64,000 bases of DNA from Octopus vulgaris (Eukaryota): positions 31,744,001-31,808,000 of the forward strand of contig OX597836.1 of assembly GCA_951406725.2 (NCBI GenBank), written 5' to 3'. The position numbers were made by a program, and so were the translations under genes. Below the pieces are notes generated by a model. The model saw nothing but the letters and a program-made list of their open reading frames with translations, made no database searches and was not told the DNA's origin. This document shows positions 1-11,490 of the stretch, in pieces; position 1 is the stretch's first letter, and every line of letters starts with the position of its first letter.

Positions 1-741
1 GATATTCTGAAGAATTAAGACAGACAACTGCAGAGATACAATACTGAAGATACACTGGCATGAACAGATTAAATGGCTATAAAAAAATATAAAACAAATG
101 AATATGGCAATGACTAGTAACCTAACTAACAAAAGCATAGAATGACTTTCAAAAAAAAAAAGTATTTGTTTCATTTGGTTTGATTTATTTTGCTTGAATT
201 TTCCATTCCTTCTGCTTGAGTTTTCTATTCCTAGTGTCACATATAATTACATATGAGTTTGCAGAAAATAAGAGATTTCAGGTTTTGTCTTTGATTAGCC
301 AAATCCAATGACAAATCTCTTTCAAAGATATATTATTTGTGATGAGCTTGTACAGAACAAAGAAAGAATACACCAAAGAGATCTCCTTTCTATTTTGATT
401 TCCTTTCTGTTTTGCTTCAATTGCAAACTGGAAAACCACTGGCCATTTGAATCATTTAGAGATTTTTGTGATGTTAGTTCTGAACAAAACTGAAACAAAG
501 TATTCCCAAGCACTTACTAGCATTTTCCTCTCCAACAATAAGAACTCAGAGTATCCCATTAAAGACCAAATCCCTTTGCCAATTTCTTTTTGCAACCAAA
601 AGCATATAATTAACATGCGAAAAAAAACTAGATCCTTCATTAAGTAATTAGACTGAATAGTTATTCTTCAAGAATACTCACAGAAAATACCTTAAGATTG
701 TCAAAAATATTTCAAAATAAATCTTTGAAAGCTGAACTTAC

Positions 742-775
742 TTTTCCCTGTCTGGAAACTTCTCTGGAATTACAC
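742..775 (-). CDS. ENPP: ENPP-family gene micro-exon (GVIPEKFPDRE)
   Basis: Acceptor attacag and donor GTAAGT; 34 nt, phase 1/2. Continues the G..P motif after WPG. The gene continues left of the window. Confidence 0.75.
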
Positions 776-1727
776 CTGTAATATATGCAGAAGACAAGGT
801 TTTAAACTAAACCTACTTGAAAGTCGTTACTTGGAAAGAATGCATACTTTCAAGGTTAAGTGTGCATACATGTGTATAAAAAAGGATGAAGCTCAGTCTT
901 GAGTTGTATAGACGCATAAAGCTGGTTTCCTAGATTCTGTGGTGTATATATATTTCCCCTGGACAAGATGCCAGTCTACTGCAAGAATATTCATTTTTGC
1001 CACCTGAGTGGACTGGAGCAACATGAAATAAAATGTTTTGTGGTGTGTTTACGTCCCCGTAACTTAGCAGTTCAGCAAAAGAAACCGATAGAATAAGTAC
1101 TAGGCTTACAAAGAATAAGTCCTGGGGTTGATTTGCTCGACTAAAGGCGGTGCTCCAGCATGGCCGCAGTCAAATGACTGAAACAAGTAAAAGTGTAAAA
1201 GAGTAAGAGTACATTGCCCAGTCCAAGAATTGAAACCACTATCTTATGATCGCGAGTCCAAAACTCACCACTAAGCCATGCACCGCCCACTACACTCTCA
1301 GAGTGGTTGGCATTAGGAAGGGCATCCAGCTGTAGAAACACTGCCAGATCAGACTGGAGCCTGGTGCAGCCTCCTGGCTTCCCAGACCCCAGTTGAACCG
1401 TCCAACCCATGCCAGCATAGAAAACAGATGTTAAACGATGACGACAATGATGATTATGTGTATGTATGCATATGTATTGTATAGTACATGACTATTTCAG
1501 TGCAATTTCCGACACAGTTATGTTATTGTAGAATTGTATACTAATGTATTCATGTATGCTTGAATGTATGTATGACTGAGTGTATATATATGCTTGTGTG
1601 AGTTCATTATGATAACTGTATTAAGTTACTGATTTGTATCTTAAAACTGTTCTTTATTATTTGTCATTGAATGTTCCACCACTTATTACATTTGAGCTAT
1701 GTGCTATTCATGTTCTGATGAATATCA

Positions 1728-2083
1728 GAGAGCATAATCCTATGAACCCAGAAAATTTAAAACAGAGGGTTACCTAATTGCAAACAAATGTGGTAACATG
1801 TAACATCATTGACCAAGGTAACTGTGGTCTTTTCTGTAGGCTTTTATTCTCACGGATAAACCTTATCTGCTTCCCCCTTTACACTTTACACCATGACACT
1901 GTGATACATGATCCCTATTGATCGTTTTTTTCCCCTTTTTTTTTCTTCTTTCCCTTTTACGATCCCTTTTGATCGAAAACCTAACCCACCTTTGTTTTTT
2001 TTTTGTCTCCCCCAAAAAGAAAAGCTCTACTTTGTAATCTGTCCCGTCTGTGTGCAGCCCTGTGTGGCTAATAAAGAAACGTA
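1728..2083 (+). mobile_element. 5'-truncated LINE 3' end with 14-bp TSD
   Basis: TSD tctgatgaatatca at 1714-1727 and 2084-2097. The 3' end tgtcccgtctgtgtgcagccctgtgtggctaataaagaaa resembles the family-B SINE tail. Confidence 0.6.
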
Positions 2084-2283
2084 TCTGATGAATATCAAAC
2101 TCTCAGGTACGTTTACCTGTAAATAAACACGGAACTGTCTATAAAGTATACAACATGAATCCTCTTGTTTTGAAACCTCTCTAATTTACCTCAGTAAAGC
2201 TCTTTAAAGTTTTTTTTCTGAGAGTCTTACATAACATTCATTAAGCTGTTTTTTTGAAACATAACTTATAAAAAGGTTCCTAC

Positions 2284-2384
2284 ATTAAGATGAAAGAATT
2301 TAGTTTGAATATTTACATTTTAAGGCATGAGGATTAAGATGAAAGAATTTAGTTTGAATATTTACATTTTAAGGCATGAGGATT
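2284..2384. repeat. Perfect 49-bp tandem duplication
   Basis: attaagatgaaagaatttagtttgaatatttacattttaaggcatgagg x2. Confidence 0.9.
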
Positions 2385-3050
2385 TTGTATCAGAGAACCA
2401 GAGCCAGGGCCAGGAATTAATTCTGCACAATATATTATCTGCACTGAAAACAGGGGCTTCAGAGTGCAAGTCACTTATAGTAATGAGAATATAATTATAA
2501 ATCTTTGTTAGCAAATCATCTCAAATGGAGCCAAGCAAGATTTAGTAATGGTCTCATAATATGAATTTTAAATCTATTATTAATTATATCTCTGCTGCAA
2601 TGGCATTAATGTTGGTATTAAAACTTAATGGACTCAGATGGTTGTGCTGTTAAGATCTTTGCATCATTATTGTATGGTTCTGGGTTCATCTCCACTGCTT
2701 AGCACATTGGAAAAGTGTCTTCTATTATAGTCTCAGATTGATCAAACTCTTGTTCATGAAATTCGGTTCAAATTTTGGCACAAGGCCAGCAATTTTGGAG
2801 GAGGGGTACATCAATCACATCGACCTTAGTGTCCAACTGGTACTTATTTTATCGATCTTTTTGAGGATGAAAGACTAAGTCAACCTTGGCAGTATTTGAA
2901 TTCAGTATGTAAAGATGGATGAAATGCCGCTAAGCATTTTGCTCCTGTCAGCTTGCTGTCCTCTAGTTCATGAAACTAGGTTCAAATTTTGGCACAAGAC
3001 CAACAATTCCAGAGCGAGGATGAGTCAATTACATCGTGTCCAGGGTCTAA

Positions 3051-3783
3051 TTACCTCTTCCTTAGCAAAGGTAGTGGTATTGTTTCCAGTTGTGTTTGCT
3101 TGTCCTTGGACAAGATATCTCAAAAACCACTGGATGGATTCAGATGAAACTTTCAAGAATGTTTGGCCTCATGACTGGCACAAACGGATTAGATTTTGGG
3201 ATCGATCCGGTATTGGACAAGGATTCTGGATTATTTTTCCTGTTAGGTTCATTTTAAGTATTCTCGTTTGTGAGAGCAGTCAAGTTTATTTCAGACTAGC
3301 AGTATCGCCCGGCATTGCTCGGGTTTGTAAGAGAAATAACTATATGAGCATTTTTAGAGAGTTATAGCCAAAAAATAGCAAAAAAATGCATTAAAAATGG
3401 AAAAAAAATGATGGTAAATTTTTTTTTAAATCGTTGACTCATCATAGACATTTTTAGAGAGTTACTTCCCTTATATAATAGCGAAAAAATGCATTAAAAT
3501 GGAAAAAAATTATGGTAAATTTTTTTAAAATCGTAGACTCATCGTAGACGCGTGCTAAAATCCAGAAGGGCTCAATATGAATCACGACTATAAGATACCC
3601 ACTTTTGGTTACACTGCACCGCAAAATGTGGGAGTAGTTAGGAATCTAAATCGTAGGAGACAGACACACAACCTCTCTTTTATATATAAAGATATTCTCA
3701 TTTTAAAAATCCTCTCCGGTTAATCATTGAGAGGACATTGGTGTTGCCTTGGCGGAGGTTTGCACTCTCTGAGTGCTCTTGTT
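3051..3783 (+). mobile_element. Non-autonomous Helentron/HINE-like element, interrupted by a Helitron
   Basis: Starts ttacctc; ends ggcggaggt plus a gcactc/gagtgc hairpin; splits a family-B SINE. Confidence 0.55.
3296..3692 (-). mobile_element. Non-autonomous Helitron
   Basis: Minus strand: 5' TC(tttatatata), subterminal hairpin cccg..cggg, 3' CTAG; inserted between A and T with no TSD. Confidence 0.8.
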
Positions 3784-4139
3784 AGTACTTATTTTAATGA
3801 CATTTTTGGGGATGAAAAGCAAAGTTGACCCCAGCAGCATTTGAACTTAGAATCTAAAGACAGATGAAATGCTGCCAAGCATTTTTCCCTGCATGCTAAC
3901 AATTCTGCCAGCTTGTCACCCTTTTCTACGTGAAATTGAATAAATAGAAATCATGTGAAAGAACCAAAGGTAATAGGTTTAATCTATCATCCAGTTTTGC
4001 ACCATCACTTGGTCCTTAGGCATCTTCAGCCAGCATTCAAACTGGGTTCTTTGGTCATAGGATAACCTAAAAGACTTTATTACACCTGTTTCCCAAGCCA
4101 CAAGACTTATACCAAATCCTCTGATGAAGCCATGAATAA

Positions 4140-4595
4140 AAAAAGGGGGAGAAAGGAAAAGAAAAATGGGAGAAAGAAAATAAAAAAGGGGAAAGGAAAA
4201 TAAAAAAGAGGGTAGGAAAGGAAAAAGTGAAAGGGAAAGAAAAAAGGGGGAAGGAAAAGAAAAAAGGAGGAAGGAAAAAAGGGGGGAGGAAAATAAAAAA
4301 GGGGATAGGAAAGGAAAAAGGTGAAAGGGAAAGAAAAGGGGAGAAGGAAAAGAAAAGAGAAAAGGAAAAAAGGGAAAGGAAAATAAAAAAGGGGGAAGGA
4401 AAATAGAAAAGGGGGAAGGAAAAGAAAAAAGGAGGAAGGAAAAACGGGGAAAGGAAAATAACAAAAGAGAAAGGTAAAGAAAAAAGGAGTTAGGTAAAGA
4501 AAAAGGCGAAAGGGAAAGAAAAACGGGGGAAGGAAAAGAAAAGAAAAAAGGGGAAAGGCAAAGAAAGAAGGGGGAAGGAAAAGAGAAAAAAGAGG
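4140..4595. repeat. Polypurine (A/G) low-complexity tract
   Basis: Degenerate ggaaaagaaaaaagggg units. Confidence 0.9.
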
Positions 4596-4675
4596 TATAT
4601 TTCTAATTCAAAAAAACTTTCTTGCAAACCAGAAAACAAAATGACATTGGTTTAGTTTGATTTATTTCTTCTTAC

Positions 4676-4745
4676 CTGAAATGTTGACTTTTGCACCTGG
4701 CCATCCAAAAGAGATTGCTTTCTTTCGGCCTACTTTCACCCAAAT
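4676..4745 (-). CDS. ENPP: ENPP-family gene exon (IWVKVGRKKAISFGWPGAKVNISG)
   Basis: Acceptor gttattcag and donor GTAAG; 70 nt, phase 0/1. Matches ENPP IWVT...FFWPGSDV.I.G. Confidence 0.9.
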
Positions 4746-4934
4746 CTGAATAACAACAGCGACAACAAATAAACTTAAGGCATAAAATAAAATGTAAGAT
4801 TTTAAACAAAGAATAAAAAAATTTACAAGACAAGATATTTAAAAAAAATTTTCTTAAATCTTAAATAATATAAGTATTTCTATTGTGATACATATCTTTG
4901 ATTTTTTACTTGTTTCAGCCATGCTCAATTCTGC

Positions 4935-5565
4935 TGCATACAGCAGTGTTTGGAAGGAACGTGTGTAGCGTGTGATCATCACAATGATCATGACAGAGAA
5001 AGCTAAGCTGAGAATCTGCATCAAATTTTGTCAAAAGCTTGGTGTTACCTGCACAGAGGCTTAAGCAGAGTTTTCATTATTCTCAACTCAATCAAGGAGA
5101 TTTTGTACAACTGAAACCTGAGTGTCTTTTTGATCAGCTGAAAACAGTTTTGGCACAAACTTGGCAGACACGTGTCTCATACCCAAATCTTCAGTGATAA
5201 TGGATTGAACTGAACCGTAACTAATCTGCACATCCTCTGATAACTCATGGATGATGATTCAACGATTTCCCCTCACAGCTGCATGCACATCTGCAATGTT
5301 TTTCTCAGTTCTGCTGGTTGTATGTCTCCCAGAATGTTCATCAATATTGACATTTTTTCAGCCATCTTGGAAACGTCTGAACCTCCTGTACACTTGTGTG
5401 CCGCTCATACACTCCTCTCCATACACTTTCTGCAACTTTGTGTAGGCCTTTGAGCAGGTATCACCACGACAACTTTCTCTGTCATGGTATCACCACGACA
5501 ACTTTCTCTGTGTGCTTTAGCTTTGTTACTATGGCAACAGTCCGGATACTTATTGATCAAACCAT
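4935..5565. mobile_element. Mariner transposase relic with internal inversion
   Basis: Plus strand MTEKAKLRICIKFCQKLG. Minus strand KLQKVYGEECMSGTQVY...FQDG..NVNIDEHSGR...LGMRHVSAKFVPK, with stops. TIR-like cagtccggatacttattgatca near 5540-5560. Confidence 0.8.
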
Positions 5566-5844
5566 GACTCTACCAAAAAGAAATTGCGTCAGCTCAATAT
5601 ATGGTCTGAGATCAAGTCACAAGACAATCAAGTAGAGATCAGAAACTATTGTTTTTTTTATAGTCTATGAAGAATATAAAAAGTTCCATAAATATATGTA
5701 GTATCAGTATCTATAGTTTGCATTTTATGACAGAGCCAAATATTATTGTTTTATTAACTCACAATATAACTGGAAATTTATTTCAGAATCAAAAATAATA
5801 GCTAGCTGTAAAATCTGAAGAAGAGATCAGAATAGTAACTATAC

Positions 5845-6900
5845 TAAAAAGTAAAGTCAGTTGCTACATCAAAGTGGCAGTTCCATGTTAATTCTAGTTT
5901 AACCCCAGGCAGATCTTTTGCCAGCTGGTTATCAGTGCAACAGTGGAGGCGCAATGGCCCAGTGATTAGAGCAGCGGACTCGCGGTCGTAAGATCGCGGT
6001 TTCGATTCCCAGACCGGGTGTTGTGAGTGTTTATTGAGCGAAAACACCTAAAGCTCCACGAGGCTCCGGCAGGGGATGGTGGTGATCCCTGCTGTACTCT
6101 TTCGCCACAACTTTCTCTCACTCTTTCTTCCTGTTTCTGTTGTACCTGTATTTCAAAGGGCCGGCCTTGTCACTCTCTGTGTCACGCTGAATATTCCCAA
6201 GAACTACGTTAAGGGTACACGTGTCTGTGGAGTGCTCAGCCACTTACACGTTAATTTCACGAGTAGGCTGCTCCGATGGTCGGATCAACCGGAACCCTCA
6301 TCGTCGTAACCGACGGAGTGCTTCCATCCATCAGTGCAACACTGCATCCTTTATATACAAAATATATCGTTAGCAGGGAGAGCAAACACTTACCTAGCAA
6401 ATAAAAGGATTCCAGCACTGACTCAGTTTTGAGTTATTTGGCTCATCCTCAGTTGTGCACACCTGGATGCCTGAGCGACAGCCTGAATAGTAACGTGGAA
6501 CAGCCACTTGGATGTTGGTGACTGACTTTATTTTTTAGTATAGTTACCACTCTGATCTCTTCTTGAGGTTTAACAACCAGCTACTTTACTTGTTGCAAAT
6601 CAGTGACTGATGGTTGCTTTGTTTACAATATATTGCTGGCTGGAGTGGACTCTGGTCATTTCTCTGGCAACCAGGTACTGGTGACTGCGGACGAGCCAAA
6701 TAGCTCAAAACTGAGTCAGTCTTGAGATCCTGTTATCTGCGAAAGGATGGTAGTGGTTTGCTCCCCACTGCTTGCAATATATATTGCATATAAAGGGTGC
6801 TGTGTTGCACTGTTAACCAGCTGGCAGAAGATCTGCTTGGGGTTAAACTAGGAGTAAAATGGAACAGCTACTTTGATGTGGTGACTGACTTTACTTTTCA
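5845..6900. mobile_element. Fold-back/MITE with about 200-bp inverted arms, left arm split by a SINE
   Basis: 5845-5942 plus 6342-6453 is the reverse complement of 6683-6900. Confidence 0.75.
5943..6329 (+). mobile_element. tRNA(Arg)-derived SINE (OR-like), tail type 1, 12-bp TSD
   Basis: A box tggcccagtg, TCG anticodon loop, B box ggtttcgattcc. TSD atcagtgcaaca at 5931-5942 and 6330-6341. Confidence 0.9.
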
Positions 6901-7164
6901 AAGATAATACTTATTCTTTTAGGTTAATGAATTCTAAATGATTGTTATTCTATTTGAAACCATTATCACATTCTTGTTCTGGATATAGTCGATTACATCG
7001 ACCCCAGTGTATATCTGGTACTTATTTCATCAACCTCGAAATGATGAAAGGCAAAGTTGATCTCAGCAGAATTTGAACTCAGAATGTAAGAACGAACGAA
7101 ATGCCACTAAGCAATTTCCCTGGCAATCTACCGATTCTGCCCCCCAAAGGGAATGAAAACTTAC

Positions 7165-7287
7165 TGGTTCTCCTTGCCACCATCTTGGGTCTAAAGTTGA
7201 AGAAACATTGTTGGCATCAAATTTGGGTTTGATTTTGGAATCTACCATCACATTATTTGTGATTCCATGGGATTCTGGATACAAACC
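7165..7287 (-). CDS. ENPP: ENPP-family gene exon (GLYPESHGITNNVMVDSKIKPKFDANNVSSTLDPRWWQGEP)
   Basis: Acceptor tttcctgttttag and donor GTAAGT; 123 nt, phase 0/0. Diagnostic GLYPESHGI..N and W..GEP motifs. Confidence 0.95.
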
Positions 7288-8756
7288 CTAAAACAGGAAA
7301 GAAAATTGAGAGAGAGTTATATTATGTTAATTCATCTTCAGAGAATAACATAGATGTTAGTCTACTTCTTTATAACAGAAATCTTCAGAAAATAATTTTT
7401 TTTAATGACGCAGTAGGGAATAAGTTAATTATTTAAAATATGTCATTATCTGAAGATTTTATTTGATAAAAAATTTCTACTTCATGTATACACATACACA
7501 AAAATGGATACGCATTTATGCATATATAAATATTTACCTATATTTGATAAAACTGACTCCATAGAGGCTGGCGTTGTTCTGAATCAGCAAAACTCATATT
7601 GTAGAATAAAATCAATGAAAAAAAGCTACAGTTCCATCCAAAACGTTGCTGCTTCCACAGTTAACATTCAAAACTCTTCTTTTCTAATTGTTCTCCTTCC
7701 CCTCCATACATTAACACAGAAGGAAAGGAGAACTGTCTGAAACTTTGAATTTTTCACTCCTCACAGCAATTTCACTATACACTTTTTAATGACTTTACTA
7801 CACACACACTCACACACACACATACACACACACATTGATGTATGTTTCTATGGTATAATAAAAACAGTTTTGCATTCAACTGGAAAATTACTCAATACAT
7901 TTGTTAGAGTATGAATTTATTAATCTAAGTCACTGTCTATTATATTATTCACATTAAAGAACAATAAATTTGTATTGAATGAATTAAACCTATTTTTCCT
8001 CATATGATCTATTATTCCTTTAACACAGTAATTTTTTTAGCCCAGACATCCATAATAATTCATAATATGTGTGTGCCTTATTTGTCCTATTCATCCATGT
8101 TTAATTTCATTTTTTCCTCTGCTCCACATGAATGACATCAAGCTTTTCACCCTATTTAATACCAGTGAGTTCATCTCCTTCATGGAATATACCAATTTCT
8201 TGGACACTTCTTACCATCTGTTAGACATTCTATCAATTTGTATAGACATTTTACCATTGTTGTGTATTTTCCATGATTTTTTCTCTCTCTTTACAGACTT
8301 CAAGCCTTTCCAGTTTTTAGTTTAAGCTGTCCCTCTTTGTTAAAAAATGGAACAGCCAATTTGATGTGGCACCTGACTTTACTTTTTAAAGATAATACTT
8401 TTTCTTTTATGTTAATGAATTCTAAATAATTACTATTCTATTTGAAACTATTATCACATTCTTGTTCTGGAAATAATTTAAAACTGTATTTGGTAGCGGG
8501 ACCCTGGTTTGGCAGTTCTGATCTTTTAAGGAATGTGGAACCACCATCTGCCTGCTATTGTTCTTCAGTCTACTCTGATTTGTCACAGCCCTGCCTATGG
8601 GTTAATTAGTAATTAAGTTAATTAGCATGTCAGAAAATTGCCTCTATAAGAAGGCCATCGAATGACACCCTAATGGACAACGATGAGGTGCATTAGGTTT
8701 TTAGCTGCTCATCTAAGAGAAGGTAACTCCATACAACACCTGCATTCTGATAAGTT

Positions 8757-8990
8757 CTTATTTCTTTATTGCCCACAAGGGGCTAAACATACAGGGGACA
8801 AACAAGGACAGACAAAGGGATTAAGTCGATTACATTGACCCCAGTGTGTAACTGGTACTTATTTAATCGACCCCGAAAGGACAAAAGGCAAAGTCAACCT
8901 TGGCGGAATTTGAACTCAGAATGTAGTGACAGGTGAAATACTACTAAGCATTTCGCCCAGCGTGCTAACGATTCTGCCAACTCACCGCCT
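8757..8990 (-). mobile_element. Family-B SINE
   Basis: Reverse complement of the 29233 copy; ataagttc flanking repeat. Confidence 0.85.
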
Positions 8991-9342
8991 TATAAGTTCC
9001 TGATAAGTTCTGTTCTCATGACAACTGTTGAACCAAAAAAATGTTTTCTCACCACTATGTGCTTTTGTTATGCACTTGCACATACATTAAATGCTCCTTC
9101 CACCTGTCTCTTTTGGTCTCATGTACTTTATCATTACTTCTATTCCCTTGAACATTCTCTCATATTCTCACATACATTCTTTCACACTGCGGACAACACA
9201 AAACTTGCACACCCCACATATAACCACACCTCTATATTCATATATACCCGAAACAAACCACTTCCACTATGTTTGCTTAGACACACAGATATATATATAT
9301 ATACCCTGATAATTCTTAATGTTTATTTTCTTTACACCACAC

Positions 9343-9359
9343 TGTGTGTGTGTGGATGT

Positions 9360-9408
<49 letters not shown>

Positions 9409-9501
9409 CATACATGTATATATATATACATATATACATATATACATATATATATACATACATATATACATATATATATACATACATATATACATATATA
9501 T

Positions 9502-9546
<45 letters not shown>

Positions 9547-9602
9547 TATATGTGTATATATATGTATATATATGTATATATATATATTCATGTATATATA
9601 TA
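9343..9602. repeat. (CA)n/(TA)n/(TACA)n microsatellite
   Basis: Direct reading. Confidence 0.95.
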
Positions 9603-10439
9603 AGAAAGGATGCAAAAGACTATGATGATGATGATGTGAACATCAGCAAGAAAACTGAGTGGTCATTGCTTTCAAATCTTATAATAATTCTGCTTGTCAC
9701 TGTGTTACTTAGCCTGTTGGTAATGCTTTCACATGATTAGAGAAAAAGAGGAAGAAAGAAAAGAGGGAGAGAGAAAAAGAGAAAGAGAGAAGTGTCCATG
9801 ATGTGAGGAAGAGGGAATGTCGTTTTAATGCTTTTAAGTGATTAGTTGAAGGGAAAGGGAGGAGAAAGAAAAAAGTGAGAGAAAAAGAGGATAAGGCAAA
9901 GGAGTGAGACAGAAAGAAGGAGAGAGAAAAAGAGTATCCATGACATGTGGTAGGGGGAATGTAATATTTATTACGTGGTTTAAAAAGTTAGTTGAAGGTA
10001 AAGAAGAGTTAAAAATATAATTTTAGCAGGGGGGTGATGTTCTGATGGTGAAGTTAAAGAAAAGCAGAAAGAGAAGAGGAAAGAGAGGAGGAGAGAGAGA
10101 GAGAGTGGGGAAAGGGAAATGATGATGATGATGATGGTGGAGGTGGCAGTGGTGCATGGATAGTGAAAAGTATATTTTTTTTAAATTGAACTAAGATTTT
10201 TATATCATCTATCACTTAACACAGGTGTGCAAGTGCAATTCTATGAAATATTCACACTTATTTATGTGGCAGAAATATGCAATTTAACTAAAGGTTGTAT
10301 CATACATACGGGAAATATTTTGTTTTGGTTATGAGAAAAATGGAAAAATAAGAGCGAATATTTATTTTATGAGTTCTGTGTTTTAAGTCTATAAAATTGC
10401 ACACAAAGTATATAAAGTGTATATATAAAGTGCATTAAG

Positions 10440-10855
10440 GTGTAGGATTGGCTGTGTGGTAAGTAGCTTGCTTACCAACCACATAGTACCGGGTTCAGTC
10501 CCACTGCGTAGCACCTTGGGCAAGTGTCTTCTACTATAGCCTTGGGCGACCAAAGCCTTGTGAGTGGATTTGGTAGACGGAAACTGAAAGAAGCCCGTTA
10601 TATATATGTATATATATATATATAGGTATGTGTCTGTGTATATGTTTGTGTGTCTGTGTTTGTCCCCCCATCACTTGACAACTGATGCTGGTGTGCTTAC
10701 GTCCCCATAACTTAGCGGTTCGGCAAAAGAGACCAATAGCATAAGTACTAGGCTTACAAAGAATAAGTCCTGGGGTCGATTTCCTCGACTAAGGGCGGTG
10801 CTCCAGCATGGCCACAGTCAAATGACTGAAACAAGTAAAAGAGAGCAAAAGAGTA
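10440..10855 (+). mobile_element. Family-A SINE (tRNA-like head, internal (TA)n/(TG)n, tail ...ctgaaacaagtaaaagag)
   Basis: Consensus ggagtggctgtgtggtaagtagcttgc...accttgggcaagtgtc...ggtgctccagcatggcc. At least 15 full or partial copies in the window. Confidence 0.9.
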
Positions 10856-11309
10856 AGTAATCATCGTACTCCAATTTGTTTTACTTTTCAGTGAGTAGCA
10901 GATGAGCGATTATCTTTCCATACAGATGACGCACAGACTTCACTTTCAGGTTCTTTGGATAAAGTTTTCAGAAATAACCAAATAAATTTACCATTAATTC
11001 CGTGAAATATTCATAGGTCCTGCTGGTTAAAATAATCTGTCAATAAATGACATTTTCCTTCACAATGAATAGTAAAATTAATCCCTTGTCAGTAATCTGT
11101 TTCGATTAATTATTGAAAATGAATGGACTTATTTAAGAGATAAACAAGATTAACAAAAAGGAATCATGTTTTGGGTTGGCAGAACTATTACAGTGTCAAA
11201 CAAAATGCTTTGAAGTAATTCAAATCCAACAAAACAAACTCTGCCTTCATCCTACCAGGGTTAATGTAATAAATTAACATGTGTTCTCTTGAGCACCACC
11301 AGCAAAAAT

Positions 11310-11490
11310 ATTTTTTTCCTCTGTCTTCCCTTCTCGGGATCTTTCCTTCTCCTTTGTTTCCGACGAAGAGCTCCGCTCAAAACGTTAAACCCTCCTTCCC
11401 TTCTTTCCTGAGCGTCAAATAATACTTTAATTGTTCCATGTCCTCGCGTTGCTGTGTTTTTTTCTGTGTTTTCTTGTTTGGATTAACTTA
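11310..11490 (+). mobile_element. Penelope-like pseudo-LTR fragment with minimal HHR motif (11356-11390, GAAA decayed to AAAA)
   Basis: gttt-ccgacga-a-gagc-tcc-gctc-aaaacgtt-aaac. Homologous to 18680-18865 and 22590-22755. Confidence 0.6.

Noticed and set aside
2915-3367. 150-aa ORF
   Set aside because: It crosses the junctions of a SINE, a HINE-like element and a Helitron, and has no recognisable domain.
3979-4464. 161-aa Phe/Pro/Leu/Ser ORF
   Set aside because: It is a translation of a polypurine/polypyrimidine tract.
5943-6020. tRNA-Arg gene
   Set aside because: It is the head of a TSD-flanked, multi-copy SINE with no proper acceptor stem.
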